Source: Thermoanaerobaculia bacterium (lineage in GTDB: Bacteria > Acidobacteriota > Thermoanaerobaculia > Gp7-AA8). Taken from it: a DNA stretch of 64,000 nucleotides. How positions within the stretch are numbered: the stretch's first letter is position 1; every line of letters starts with the position of its first letter. The DNA is taken from assembly GCA_036522835.1 (NCBI GenBank), contig DATDFB010000057.1, forward strand, positions 3,906 to 67,905, given 5' to 3'. This document shows positions 26,721 through 36,165 of the stretch, in pieces. Below the pieces are notes generated by a model. The model made no database searches. It had not been told where the DNA came from and saw only the letters and a list, made by a program, of their open reading frames with translations. Both the position numbers and the translations under genes were made by a program.

Positions 26721-27841
26721 GAATCGGCATCACCTGCTACCCCACCTTCGGCGGCTCCGGCGTGGTAGCCACGGAGCTCGGCATCGCTCTGGCCAAGATG
26801 GGCGACGACGTCCACTTCATCAGCTACGCGCCGCCGTCGCGGCTCAACATCCTCCACGAGCGCGTGCGCTTCCACGAAGTCACGGTCACGCCGTATCCGC
26901 TCTTCGATCCGTTCCCGCCGTACACGCTGGCGCTGGCGACGAAGATGGCGGAGATCGCCGAGTACGAGCGCCTCGACGTGCTGCACGTGCACTACGCGAT
27001 CCCGCACGCCATCAGCGCCCACCTCGCCCGCGAGATCCTCGGCGACAAGATGCGCTTCGTCACCACCCTGCACGGCACCGACATCACCCTCGTCGGGCGC
27101 GACGCGTCGTATCTGCCGATCACGAAGTTCGGCATCGAAGTCTCCGACGGCGTCACGGCCGTGTCGCATTGGCTGCGCGACGAGACGGAGAAGAACTTCG
27201 GCACGAAGAAGGAGATCGCCGTCATCCCGAACTTCGTCGATCCGCTGCGCTTCCAGCGCCACGAGAGCGCGTTCTGCCACCTCTTCGGCGACGCCGGCGA
27301 CCGCCTCCTCTGCCACGTCTCGAACTTCCGTCCCGTGAAGCGGATCATGGACGTGCTGGCCGTCTTCGAGCGCGTGCTGCGCGTGATCCCGAGCCGCCTG
27401 GTGATGATCGGCGACGGCCCCGACCGTTCCAAGGCCGAGGCGTTCTGCCGTCAACATCATTTGAAGGACCGCGTCTTTTTCCTCGGCAATGTTCCGAATC
27501 TCGAAGAGATCGTCGGCGCCAGCGACGTGTTCCTCCTGCCCAGCGAGCACGAGTCGTTCGGCATGGCCGCGCTGGAGGCGATGGCCTCGGAAGTCCCGGT
27601 CATCGCCACGCGCGCGGGCGGACTGCCCGAGGTCGTGGTCGACGGCGAGACCGGATACCTCCTGCCGGTCGGCGACGTCGACGCCATGGCCGAGCGCGCC
27701 ATCGCCATCCTCACCGACAAGGTCCTGCAGCGCCGCCTCGGGCGCGCCGGACGCGCGCTGGCGGAGGAGCAGTTCAACGTGAACCGCGTCGTGCCGATGT
27801 ACCGCGAGTTCTATGAGAAGTTCCTGGTTCTTCGTTCTTAG
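26717..27841 (+). CDS. bshA: N-acetyl-alpha-D-glucosaminyl L-malate synthase BshA (GT4)
   Basis: GTG start overlapping bshB stop; RIGITCYPTFGGSGVVATELG ... EHESFGMAALEAMASEVPVIATRAGGLPEVV. Confidence 0.8.
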   Translation: MRIGITCYPTFGGSGVVATELGIALAKMGDDVHFISYAPPSRLNILHERVRFHEVTVTPYPLFDPFPPYTLALATKMAEIAEYERLDVLHVHYAIPHAISAHLAREILGDKMRFVTTLHGTDITLVGRDASYLPITKFGIEVSDGVTAVSHWLRDETEKNFGTKKEIAVIPNFVDPLRFQRHESAFCHLFGDAGDRLLCHVSNFRPVKRIMDVLAVFERVLRVIPSRLVMIGDGPDRSKAEAFCRQHHLKDRVFFLGNVPNLEEIVGASDVFLLPSEHESFGMAALEAMASEVPVIATRAGGLPEVVVDGETGYLLPVGDVDAMAERAIAILTDKVLQRRLGRAGRALAEEQFNVNRVVPMYREFYEKFLVLRS

Positions 27842-29892
27842 TTCTTGGTTGGTCGGGCGTAGATCTCCGCGTAGTTCTCGTACGAATTCAGCACCTTGCG
27901 CACGTAGTCCTTCGTCTCGTCGAAGCTGACGGCGGTGAGGAAGAAGTCGTCGCCGGGGCCGGCGGCGAGGCGCGACCAGAGCGCGGCCTGCTTCGGGCCG
28001 GCGTTGTAGGCGGCGGCGATCTTGTAGCGGTCGCCGCCGAGCTCTTTCGACAGCGTGGCCACGTACTTCGCGCCCAGGCGGATGACGACGCGCGGGTCGT
28101 AGAGATCGTCTTCGTCGACGTCGACGAGGCCGATGTCGCGGCCGATCTGCCGCGCCGTGGTGATGATGAGCTGCAGGAGACCTCGCGCCGCCGCCTCCGA
28201 CTTCGCGCGCGGATCGAAGCGCGACTCCTCGCGCATGATGGCGAAAAGCAGCGTCGGATCGGCGCTGTAGCTCTTCGCGTCGGCCTCGATGAAGCTCGCG
28301 AAGTAGCGCGGATAGAGCAGCTCGCGGACGACGCGCGGGAGGAGCTGCGGGACGAAGTCGTCGGGCACGCCGTTCATCACCGTCTCGATGGCGCGGATCG
28401 ACTCGTGCGAGGCATTGCCGAGGTTCAGGGCGAGCGATTGCGTGAGGCCGCTCTGCATGGGGTGCAGCGGCCAGATCTTCGGGATGTCGTCGGCCGCCTC
28501 GTCGAAGAGGCCCATGGCCATGAGCTGTTCGGCGCGCGAGGCATCGGGCGGGAGAGGGACGTGCGGGAAGGGGAGCGGCTTCAGGTCGAGGACGGCCTTG
28601 TACGGCGGCTTCTGTTGGTAGCTCGCGGCAATTTGCTTCAGGTCCGGCTGGAAATGCAGCCGCTGCCGCGCGAAGTAGGCGAAGTGCGTCGGCACGGTGG
28701 CGTGGATGACCCGGAGATAGGCCTCGCGCGACGCCTGCGGATTCGACGACTCCAGCGCGCGGCCGCGCCAGTAGTCGATCTCGTACGGATCGAATTTGTC
28801 GAGCAGGTTCCGCGGGATGGCGTTCAGCGTGACGACGCACGCGCCGGCGTTCCCCGCGCCGAGCATGCCGACGGCGTAGGCGAGCGAGGCGTCGACGAGC
28901 GCGCGGTCCTTCGGGAAGAGCTTGCGCATCGCCGCCAGATCCGCCGCCGCATCGGCAAAGCGCCGCTGCTTAAGGCGCGTGCGCAAACGCTGCGTCAACG
29001 CGGCGGCGGTCGAGGCCGTGCGCGCCGGCACGGCGATGGCCTGCGTCATGAGCTGCTCCGCGCCGGCGTCATTCCCCTGCAGTTGCGCGGCGCGCGCGGC
29101 ATGCCAGAGGAAGGTAATCTTCATTGCCGCGCTCTTCGTCTGCTGCGCGCCGCGGAGGTACGTCGCCTGCGCCTGCGCAAACTTTTCGTCGCCGTAGTAG
29201 GCGCGGCCGATCGAAAAGGTGATGTCGTCGCTCGGCGGCACGGAACCGAGCAGCGCCACGGCGCGGTCGAAGTGGCGGTGGTTGAGCATGGCCGTGCCGA
29301 GGAGAATTCTCTGTGGCGGCGTGAGCCGCGCGCGCAGCTCCGCCGTGTCGAGAGCGCGCGCGACGTGCTCCGCGGCGTCGTCCATCGTGCCGCCGGCGAG
29401 GATGGCCAGACACGCCGCGCCGTTCCGCGACGCTTCGGCGAGGCGCGCCTGAATGTCGCGTGACGGCGGAAGCCGCTGCGCGAACGCCGACAGCCGCTGC
29501 GGGTCCTTCATGAGGTATTCGACTTCGTCCTCGATGGCTTGCTGGCGATAGAACGCGTGCGGGTACTCGAAGATCAGCGTTTGCCGGTCGCGGCTCGCCG
29601 CCTCGCCGTCCTCGATCTCGGCCTTGTGGTAGAGCGCAAGGTCGCGGAAGGGATTCCCCGGCGCGAGGAACGGCGCCAGCTCTTTCGCCGCGGCAGCGCG
29701 CTCATTGCGGTCGACGAGAAGCCGGGCACGGAGGTACGAGGGCGCCGGCGCAGCCGGCAGCGCCGTCCTCTCGACACGAAAGACCCGCCGGCGCGCCACG
29801 CGCTGCCGCGCGGCGACGATCCCGAGAATGACGACGATCAGGATGAGGGCAGCAAGGGCGGAAAGGAGAAGGACGAGTCGTTTCTTCGTCAA
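27838..29892 (-). CDS. lytic transglycosylase (Slt family) domain protein
   Basis: N-terminal TM, superhelical domain, SLT motif AIMREESRFDPRAKSEAAARGLLQLI ... AYNAGP. Confidence 0.85.
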   Translation of the reverse strand: MTKKRLVLLLSALAALILIVVILGIVAARQRVARRRVFRVERTALPAAPAPSYLRARLLVDRNERAAAAKELAPFLAPGNPFRDLALYHKAEIEDGEAASRDRQTLIFEYPHAFYRQQAIEDEVEYLMKDPQRLSAFAQRLPPSRDIQARLAEASRNGAACLAILAGGTMDDAAEHVARALDTAELRARLTPPQRILLGTAMLNHRHFDRAVALLGSVPPSDDITFSIGRAYYGDEKFAQAQATYLRGAQQTKSAAMKITFLWHAARAAQLQGNDAGAEQLMTQAIAVPARTASTAAALTQRLRTRLKQRRFADAAADLAAMRKLFPKDRALVDASLAYAVGMLGAGNAGACVVTLNAIPRNLLDKFDPYEIDYWRGRALESSNPQASREAYLRVIHATVPTHFAYFARQRLHFQPDLKQIAASYQQKPPYKAVLDLKPLPFPHVPLPPDASRAEQLMAMGLFDEAADDIPKIWPLHPMQSGLTQSLALNLGNASHESIRAIETVMNGVPDDFVPQLLPRVVRELLYPRYFASFIEADAKSYSADPTLLFAIMREESRFDPRAKSEAAARGLLQLIITTARQIGRDIGLVDVDEDDLYDPRVVIRLGAKYVATLSKELGGDRYKIAAAYNAGPKQAALWSRLAAGPGDDFFLTAVSFDETKDYVRKVLNSYENYAEIYARPTKN

Positions 29893-30338
29893 ACGTCATC
29901 TCGGGCCAGCGTTCCCGACAGAACTGCGTGCGGGGCGCGCCTGAGAATCTCGTTCTTAGCAATCGCGTAGCCAAGGATCGCGTCGACCAGCACCCGCCGC
30001 CCGTCCGCGGAGAGCAGCACCAGAATCTTCCGCTTGATCTCGCGGATCTCCACGATCTCCTCCCAGCGCAGCCACCGCCCCGGCTTCCCGAGCCACGACA
30101 GCACGCGGTTCTCGTACATCACGCCGTCGTCGCTGAAATAGATGTGGTCGCCGTACTGCACCGCCGCCGCGGCGAGCGTGCCGAGGAAGAGGAGCACCAG
30201 CACCGTCAGCGTGAACGGCTCGATCTCCTTCGCGCCGTGCGAGAGGTAGTCGAACACCAGCGCCGCCGAGGCGAACGTCGCCGCGCAGGAGATGAGCCGC
30301 GCGATGGGCGTTCGGTCGAAGCGGAGGATACGGTTCAT
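29889..30338 (-). CDS. hypothetical membrane protein
   Basis: 149 aa, two TM then soluble domain; 4-nt overlap with slt gene. Confidence 0.45.
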   Translation of the reverse strand: MNRILRFDRTPIARLISCAATFASAALVFDYLSHGAKEIEPFTLTVLVLLFLGTLAAAAVQYGDHIYFSDDGVMYENRVLSWLGKPGRWLRWEEIVEIREIKRKILVLLSADGRRVLVDAILGYAIAKNEILRRAPHAVLSGTLARDDV

Positions 30339-30363
30339 GTATGGCGTAGAACGAATTGTGCGG

Positions 30364-30439
30364 GGTTCTTAGTTCTTAGTTCTTGGTTCTTAAGTTTTGC
30401 CGAAACCCAAGAACCTAACAACATAAGAACCTAAGAACC
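30364..30439. repeat. inverted repeat built from tandem GTTCTTAG/GTTCTTGG octamers
   Basis: ggttcttagttcttagttcttggttcttaagtt-ttgccgaa-acccaagaacctaacaacataagaacctaagaacc in divergent promoter region of proS; motif shared with 27826-27852 and flanks of 56436-56715. Confidence 0.6.
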
Positions 30440-30456
30440 ACTACAATCCCCCGCCC

Positions 30457-32157
30457 ATGCGCTGGAGCCAGTCCTTCATTCACACCCTGCGCGAAGTTCC
30501 GGCCGACGCGGACGTCGTCAGCCAGAGACTGATGATGCGCGCCGGCATGATCCGCAAAGTAGCCGCCGGAATTTACACCTATCTCCCCCTCGGCCTCCGT
30601 TCGATGCAGAAGCTCGAGGCCATCATCCGCGAGGAGATGAACCGCGCCGGCGCGGTGGAGCTCCTCGGGCCGACCATCCACCCGGGCGAGTTGTGGATGG
30701 AGTCGGGACGCTGGCAGCGCTACGGCAAGGAGCTCCTGCGCATCAAAGACCGCCACGAGCGCGACTTCGTCTACGGCCCCACGGCCGAGGAGGTCGTGAC
30801 CGACGCCGTGCGGAACACGCTCAACTCCTATCGACAGCTCCCGATCAACCTCTATCAGATCCAGACCAAGTTTCGCGACGAAGTGCGGCCCCGCTTCGGC
30901 CTCATGCGCGGGCGCGAGTTCACCATGAAGGACGCGTACTCCTTCCACGCCACGGCATCGTCGCTCGACGAGACGTACGAGAAGATGCGCGACGCCTACA
31001 GCGCCATCTTCCGCCGCTGCGCGCTCGACCACGTGCCGGTCGAGGCCGACACCGGCAACATCGGCGGCAGCGCCTCGCACGAGTTCATGGTGCTGGCGCA
31101 GTCGGGCGAGGACGCGGTCGTGTCGTGCCCCAACTGCCGCTACGGCGCGAACGTGGAGAAGGCCACGTCGAAGTTCTTCCTCGACGAGCCGGAGCCCGCG
31201 CCGATGGAAGCGATGGCCGAATTGCACACGCCGGGAACGCAGACGATCGACGACGTCGGCCGCTTCCTCGGCAAGCCGACCTCGCAGCTCGTCAAGACCC
31301 TCGTCTTCGACACCGACAAAGGGTGTCTGATGGTCCTCGTGCGCGGCGACCGCGAGGGGAACGAGGTCAAGATCAAGAACGTCTCCGGCGCCGAGTGGAT
31401 GGAGATGATGCCCGACGCGCGCTTCGAGGAGGCCACGGGCGGCCCGGTCGGCTATTGCGGTCCGGTCGGGACGAAGGCGGCACGCGTGATCGCCGACGTA
31501 TCGCTCAAAGGCCACGTCAACTGGATCGTCGGTGGCAATAAGAAGGACTACCACCTCGGCGGCGCGAATCCCGGCCGCGACTTCCCCGAGCCGGAGTACG
31601 CCGACGTCACGACCGTCTTCGCCGGCGATCCCTGTCCGCGCTGCGGCACGCCGCTGGAGATCAACCGCGGCATCGAGGTCGGCCATGTGTTCAAGCTCGG
31701 AACGAAGTACTCCGAGCCGATGGGCTGCACGTTCCTCGATGAGAACGGCGAGCGCAAGCCGATGATCATGGGCTGCTACGGCTTGGGCGTCGGCCGCACG
31801 GTCGCCGCCGCGGTGGAGCAGAGCCACGACGACGACGGCATCATCTGGCCGATCCCGATCGCGCCGTACACCGTCGTCGTGACCGCGCTCGGCAAAGAGG
31901 AGAGCGTGCGCGCGACGGCCGAGGAGGTCTACGCGAAGCTCCTGGCCGCCGGCGTCGACGTGCTCTTCGACGACCGCGACGAGCGCCCCGGCGTGAAGTT
32001 CAAGGACGCGGATCTGATCGGTTTTCCGCTGCGCATCGCCGTCGGCGCGAAGAGCCTGGCGAACGGCGTCATCGAGTGGAGCTGGCGCAAGGATCGCGCG
32101 AAGCAGCTCGGGCCGCCGGGCGAGGTGGTGGAGACGGTCATAACGGCCGCTCGGTAG
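30457..32157 (+). CDS. proS: proline--tRNA ligase (bacterial type with editing domain)
   Basis: 566 aa; class II motifs, FRDE...RPRFGLMRGREFTMKDAYSFH; stop TAG lies in repeat 32153-32209. Confidence 0.95.
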   Translation: MRWSQSFIHTLREVPADADVVSQRLMMRAGMIRKVAAGIYTYLPLGLRSMQKLEAIIREEMNRAGAVELLGPTIHPGELWMESGRWQRYGKELLRIKDRHERDFVYGPTAEEVVTDAVRNTLNSYRQLPINLYQIQTKFRDEVRPRFGLMRGREFTMKDAYSFHATASSLDETYEKMRDAYSAIFRRCALDHVPVEADTGNIGGSASHEFMVLAQSGEDAVVSCPNCRYGANVEKATSKFFLDEPEPAPMEAMAELHTPGTQTIDDVGRFLGKPTSQLVKTLVFDTDKGCLMVLVRGDREGNEVKIKNVSGAEWMEMMPDARFEEATGGPVGYCGPVGTKAARVIADVSLKGHVNWIVGGNKKDYHLGGANPGRDFPEPEYADVTTVFAGDPCPRCGTPLEINRGIEVGHVFKLGTKYSEPMGCTFLDENGERKPMIMGCYGLGVGRTVAAAVEQSHDDDGIIWPIPIAPYTVVVTALGKEESVRATAEEVYAKLLAAGVDVLFDDRDERPGVKFKDADLIGFPLRIAVGAKSLANGVIEWSWRKDRAKQLGPPGEVVETVITAAR

Positions 32158-32209
32158 GGGCGCACGGCGTGCGCCCTCAGCGTCCGGGCGCACGCCGTGC
32201 GCCCCTACC
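32153..32209. repeat. double-hairpin GC repeat, family 4 (GGTAGGGG-[GCGCACGGCGTGCGC]-x-[GCGCACGCCGTGCGC]-CCCCTACC)
   Basis: Two hairpins within outer inverted repeat; same architecture as family 3. Confidence 0.7.
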
Positions 32210-32224
32210 TGTTATCCTTTTCCT

Positions 32225-33607
32225 ATGCGCAAGACCTTTCTTTTGCTCGCGTTAACTGCGGCTCTGCCCGCCTTTGCCCAGAACACCGACATCGAGTCCC
32301 TCTCCGGCCTGCAATTCAATTTCGGCAACCCCGGCGCCCGCTCCCTCGGCATGGGCGGCGCGTTCCTCGGCCTCGCCGACGACGCCTCGGCCGCCGAGGC
32401 GAACCCGGCCGGGCTCACCATCCTGCGCAAGCCCGAGGTCTCCATCGAGATCCGCAACTACGTCGAGCAGCAGACCTTCACCACCACCGGCACCTATCCG
32501 GACATCAGCCGCACCGACTTCAACCATTACAGCCAGCGCGTCCCCATCACCTTCGCCAGCGCGGTTTACCCGTACAAGAACGCCACCTTCGGCCTCTACT
32601 ACCACGAGGCGCTGCGCAATCAAGGCTCGGGGCAGGTCATCCCCATCCGCAACGAATTCAGCGGCGCGGTGACGGCCGACGTCCCGAACTTCTACCTCGC
32701 CAAGGGCGGGACCGCTCCGGTCACGCGCGATCAGTGCATCGCCATCAACGTCGCGGCGAAGGACGACTTCGCCTGCCTGCAGTACACCATCCTTCCGTTC
32801 CTCAGCGCGCTCGACGTCACCGAGCGCACGTTCGGCCTGGCCGGCGCGTACAAGATCGGCAAGTTCTCCTTCGGCGGCACCGTGCGCTACCAGCGCTTCA
32901 ACGAGACCGCGTTCACCTTCCGCGTCACGCCGGACTTCGATTTCTCGTCGATCTCCGTGCAGGCCACGAGTGACATCCGTGAGAACAGCGACAAGGCGAA
33001 GGACGTCAGCGACGTCACCTTCACCGCGGGCGTGAAGTGGACGCCGAACGACCGCTTCAGCGCCGGCGCGGTCTACAAGCAGGGGGCGCGCTACAAGGCC
33101 CCCACCTTCGCCGCGAACGAGGATACAAACTTCGACTTCGTCAAAGTCTCCGACACGACCTTCCACATCCCCGACATCTTCGGCGCCGGCGTTTCCGTCC
33201 GGCCCATCCCGGTGCTGACGGTCAACGTCGACGCCGTGCGGGTGAAGTACTCGAACCTCGTCGACAACTTCGTCTCCATCAACGAGTCGGTGCGCGAGAT
33301 CGACCAAGCCTACAAGGCTCCCGACGTCACGGAGCTCCACGCCGGCGCGGAGTACTTCTTCGCGACGAAGATTCCGCTGGCGCTGCGCGTCGGCTGGTGG
33401 CACGACCCGGCGCACTCGATCGAATACCGCGGACCGCTGAGCACGCCCGACCGCGTCGCCGCGGCGATCCTCTACCCGCGCGGCGAGTCGCAGAACCACC
33501 GCTCCATCGGCGCGGGATTAGCGTGGCCGCGATTCCAGGTTGATGCCGCGTATGACACCTCACCGCACTACAAGGTCGCCTCGGTTTCGATGGTTGCTCG
33601 TTTCTAG
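32225..33607 (+). CDS. outer-membrane beta-barrel protein (FadL/TodX-like, hypothetical)
   Basis: Signal peptide MRKTFLLLALTAALPAFAQ; alternating beta strands; C-terminal ...VARF (terminal Phe). Confidence 0.55.
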   Translation: MRKTFLLLALTAALPAFAQNTDIESLSGLQFNFGNPGARSLGMGGAFLGLADDASAAEANPAGLTILRKPEVSIEIRNYVEQQTFTTTGTYPDISRTDFNHYSQRVPITFASAVYPYKNATFGLYYHEALRNQGSGQVIPIRNEFSGAVTADVPNFYLAKGGTAPVTRDQCIAINVAAKDDFACLQYTILPFLSALDVTERTFGLAGAYKIGKFSFGGTVRYQRFNETAFTFRVTPDFDFSSISVQATSDIRENSDKAKDVSDVTFTAGVKWTPNDRFSAGAVYKQGARYKAPTFAANEDTNFDFVKVSDTTFHIPDIFGAGVSVRPIPVLTVNVDAVRVKYSNLVDNFVSINESVREIDQAYKAPDVTELHAGAEYFFATKIPLALRVGWWHDPAHSIEYRGPLSTPDRVAAAILYPRGESQNHRSIGAGLAWPRFQVDAAYDTSPHYKVASVSMVARF

Positions 33608-35519
33608 CGCGCTGCTCGTCTGCGCGCTCGCGGCGAGCGCGCAGGTGCAGGAATCGATCACCGTCAACCTCATCGAAGTGCCGGTGACGGTCGTCGACTC
33701 GAGCGGCAACCCGGTCCGCGGGCTCACCGCCGCGAACTTCAAGCTCTACGACCAGGGGAAAGAGGTCGCCGTCAGCTCGGTCGACACAATCGACTTCGCC
33801 TCGAAGGAGTCGATGAGCGCGGTCTCGCCGCTGAATCCGGCGGCGCGGCGCAAGTTCCTCGTCCTCTTCGATCTTTCCTTCTCGAAGCCGTCGTCGCTGG
33901 CGCGCGCGCAGGAGGCGGCGCGGGCGTTCGTGACCAAGTCGGTGCAGCCGCGCGACCTCGTCGGCGTCGGCACGGTCGACAAGCGCGGCTTCCGCCTCGT
34001 TGCCTCGTTCACCACGGACCGCAAGCTCGTCGCCGACGCGATCGCCAATCCGGCGCAGATGAAGACGGACGATCCGCTGCACCTCGGCCGCAGCGGCATC
34101 GCCTTCGAGCTCTCCGACCATTCGAGCGAGACCGGGAAAGGGAGAGCGGCGATGGGCGACGAGAACGTCGCCGCGCTCATGGCCGACTCCATGCGCCAGA
34201 ACCGCGAGACCGCGCGCGCCGAGGCCGAGAAGGAGATGGACTTCCTCGGCGACCTGGCCAAAACGCTGCGCAGCATCCCGGGGAAGAAGCAGGTCGTCTT
34301 CCTCTCCGAGGGCTTCGACCCGCGCTTCATTTCCGGAAGCGACGCGCGCGAGGACCTCACCTACCAGGCCAGCGTCTTCGATACGAGCGACGACAAACGC
34401 TTCGGCTCGAACAGCGCCTCCACGACACTGCGGCGGATGGCCGACGCCTTCCGCGGCTCCGACGTCGTTCTGCACGCGCTCGACATCCAGGGTCTGCGCG
34501 TCGACAACAGCATCGAGGGCGGCTTCGTCAACAGCAACGACTCGCTGCGCCTCCTGGCCCAGCCGACCGGCGGCATGGTCTTCAAGAACGCGAACAAGAT
34601 CGAGACCGACTTCGAGCGCCTCATGAAGACGGAGGAAGTCGTCTACGTGCTGTCGTTTCAGGCGCCGGCGTCGAAGCCCGGCAAGTTCCACGACCTGAAG
34701 GTGAAGCTCGTCAACGTCCCGGGCGGCGCGAAGGCCTTCGCGCGCGCCGGCTACTACGAGAGCGGCAGCGAGACGCAGCAGGAGCGCACGATGACGAATG
34801 CCGAGATCGTGATGAACGACGTGGAGCAGAAGGACTTCCGCACCGCGTCGCTCGCCGCGGCGTTCCCGACGATGACGGATGCGGCGCAGGTGCCGGTCAT
34901 CGTCGAGATCAGCGGCACCGACCTCGAGAAACAGAACGCCGTCGACTTCTACGTCTACGCATTCGATGAAGAGGGGACGGTGCGCGACCGCCTCTACCAG
35001 CGCGTGACGCTCGACCTAGGCAAGGTCGGCGCGAAGCTGCGCGCGAACGGCCTGAAGTACTGGGCCACGCTGTCGCTGCCGCCGGGCAAGTACGCGGTGA
35101 AGACGCTCGTCCTGGCCGGAGCGAAGAAAGGCTTCGCGCGCGCCGACGTCGTCGTCCCCGCGTCCAACCAGCTCACCGCCGCGCCGATCTTCGTCGACGA
35201 CAGCTCGGCCAATTGGGTGCTGGTGAAGGGAACGTCGCACGCGCAGGCGGCGGCGTATCCGTTCGACCTCAGCGGCGAGCATTTCATCCCCGCCGCCACG
35301 GCGCGCACGAAGCGCTTCGCCGTCTTCGTGCCGAACGCGAAGCCGGAGGACGTCACCTTCGAGACGACGCCGAAGGTGAAGTTCCTCGGCGCGGCAAAGA
35401 GCGGGGGGGCGACGGCGCTGGTGATGGAGCTCGACCAGGCGGTAAAGGACGTGGAGCTGACGATCCGCAAGAAGGGCGTGGCCACGCCGGAGAAGATTCC
35501 GCTGCACATCGTGCAGTAA
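33552..35519 (+). CDS. VWA-domain secreted protein with VWFA-related Acidobacterial domain N-terminus
   Basis: Signal peptide then ESITVNLIEVPVTVVDSSGNPVRGLTAANFKLYDQGKEV (TIGR03436-like), VWA region (KKQVVFLSEGFD). Start 33552 inferred; overlaps OMP gene end. Confidence 0.7.
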   Translation: MTPHRTTRSPRFRWLLVSSALLVCALAASAQVQESITVNLIEVPVTVVDSSGNPVRGLTAANFKLYDQGKEVAVSSVDTIDFASKESMSAVSPLNPAARRKFLVLFDLSFSKPSSLARAQEAARAFVTKSVQPRDLVGVGTVDKRGFRLVASFTTDRKLVADAIANPAQMKTDDPLHLGRSGIAFELSDHSSETGKGRAAMGDENVAALMADSMRQNRETARAEAEKEMDFLGDLAKTLRSIPGKKQVVFLSEGFDPRFISGSDAREDLTYQASVFDTSDDKRFGSNSASTTLRRMADAFRGSDVVLHALDIQGLRVDNSIEGGFVNSNDSLRLLAQPTGGMVFKNANKIETDFERLMKTEEVVYVLSFQAPASKPGKFHDLKVKLVNVPGGAKAFARAGYYESGSETQQERTMTNAEIVMNDVEQKDFRTASLAAAFPTMTDAAQVPVIVEISGTDLEKQNAVDFYVYAFDEEGTVRDRLYQRVTLDLGKVGAKLRANGLKYWATLSLPPGKYAVKTLVLAGAKKGFARADVVVPASNQLTAAPIFVDDSSANWVLVKGTSHAQAAAYPFDLSGEHFIPAATARTKRFAVFVPNAKPEDVTFETTPKVKFLGAAKSGGATALVMELDQAVKDVELTIRKKGVATPEKIPLHIVQ

Positions 35520-35521
35520 CG

Positions 35522-36145
35522 TCACCGTGCGGCGGCGAGCGAATCCAGCGGAACGTCGAGGAGCTCGAATTTCTCCCAACCCTTGAAGTCGTAGTGCCAC
35601 CACTCCGACGGCAACGGCTCGAAGCCGTGTCGCGTCATGACCTCGCGCAACCTGGCGCGGTTGGCGATGGCCTCGGCGGGGAGATCGTTGAAGTCGTTCC
35701 GCGCGCGCGGCGTGAAGTCGTCGAAGCCGGTCGGCATCAGGAGCTCCTTGCCGGTCTCGAGGTCGATGAGCGTCAGATCGACGGCCGCGCCGCGGTTGTG
35801 CCGCGAGCCCTTCTTCGGGTCGGCGACATAGTCGGGATTCTTGATCGGCTCCCACATCGCCACCGTCACGCGGTAGGGGCGGTAGGCGTCCCAGACTTTC
35901 AGCCCGAGGCGTTGCGGCGCGAGCTCGCGCTCGACATCGGCGAGCGCCGCGGCCACCGGCGCGCGGAGGTAGGCCTTCGCCACCGGATACAGCTGCGTGT
36001 GCATGAAGTTGTTCGTCGTGGCGTAGCGGAGGTCGAGGGCGACGCCGGTGGTGGAAAGGTCGATCATCTCCCGCGGGTCGACGCTGCGCGCCACGCGCGG
36101 GCCGGTGGCGCAGGCGATCAGCAGGAGCAGCAGAAGCCGCTTCAT
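35522..36145 (-). CDS. D-alanyl-D-alanine dipeptidase (VanX/DdpX, peptidase M15D)
   Basis: Signal peptide; SRHNRGAAVDLTL and EWWHYDF motifs. Confidence 0.85.
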   Translation of the reverse strand: MKRLLLLLLIACATGPRVARSVDPREMIDLSTTGVALDLRYATTNNFMHTQLYPVAKAYLRAPVAAALADVERELAPQRLGLKVWDAYRPYRVTVAMWEPIKNPDYVADPKKGSRHNRGAAVDLTLIDLETGKELLMPTGFDDFTPRARNDFNDLPAEAIANRARLREVMTRHGFEPLPSEWWHYDFKGWEKFELLDVPLDSLAAAR

Positions 36146-36165
36146 TCGAAGACATAATACCGGCC

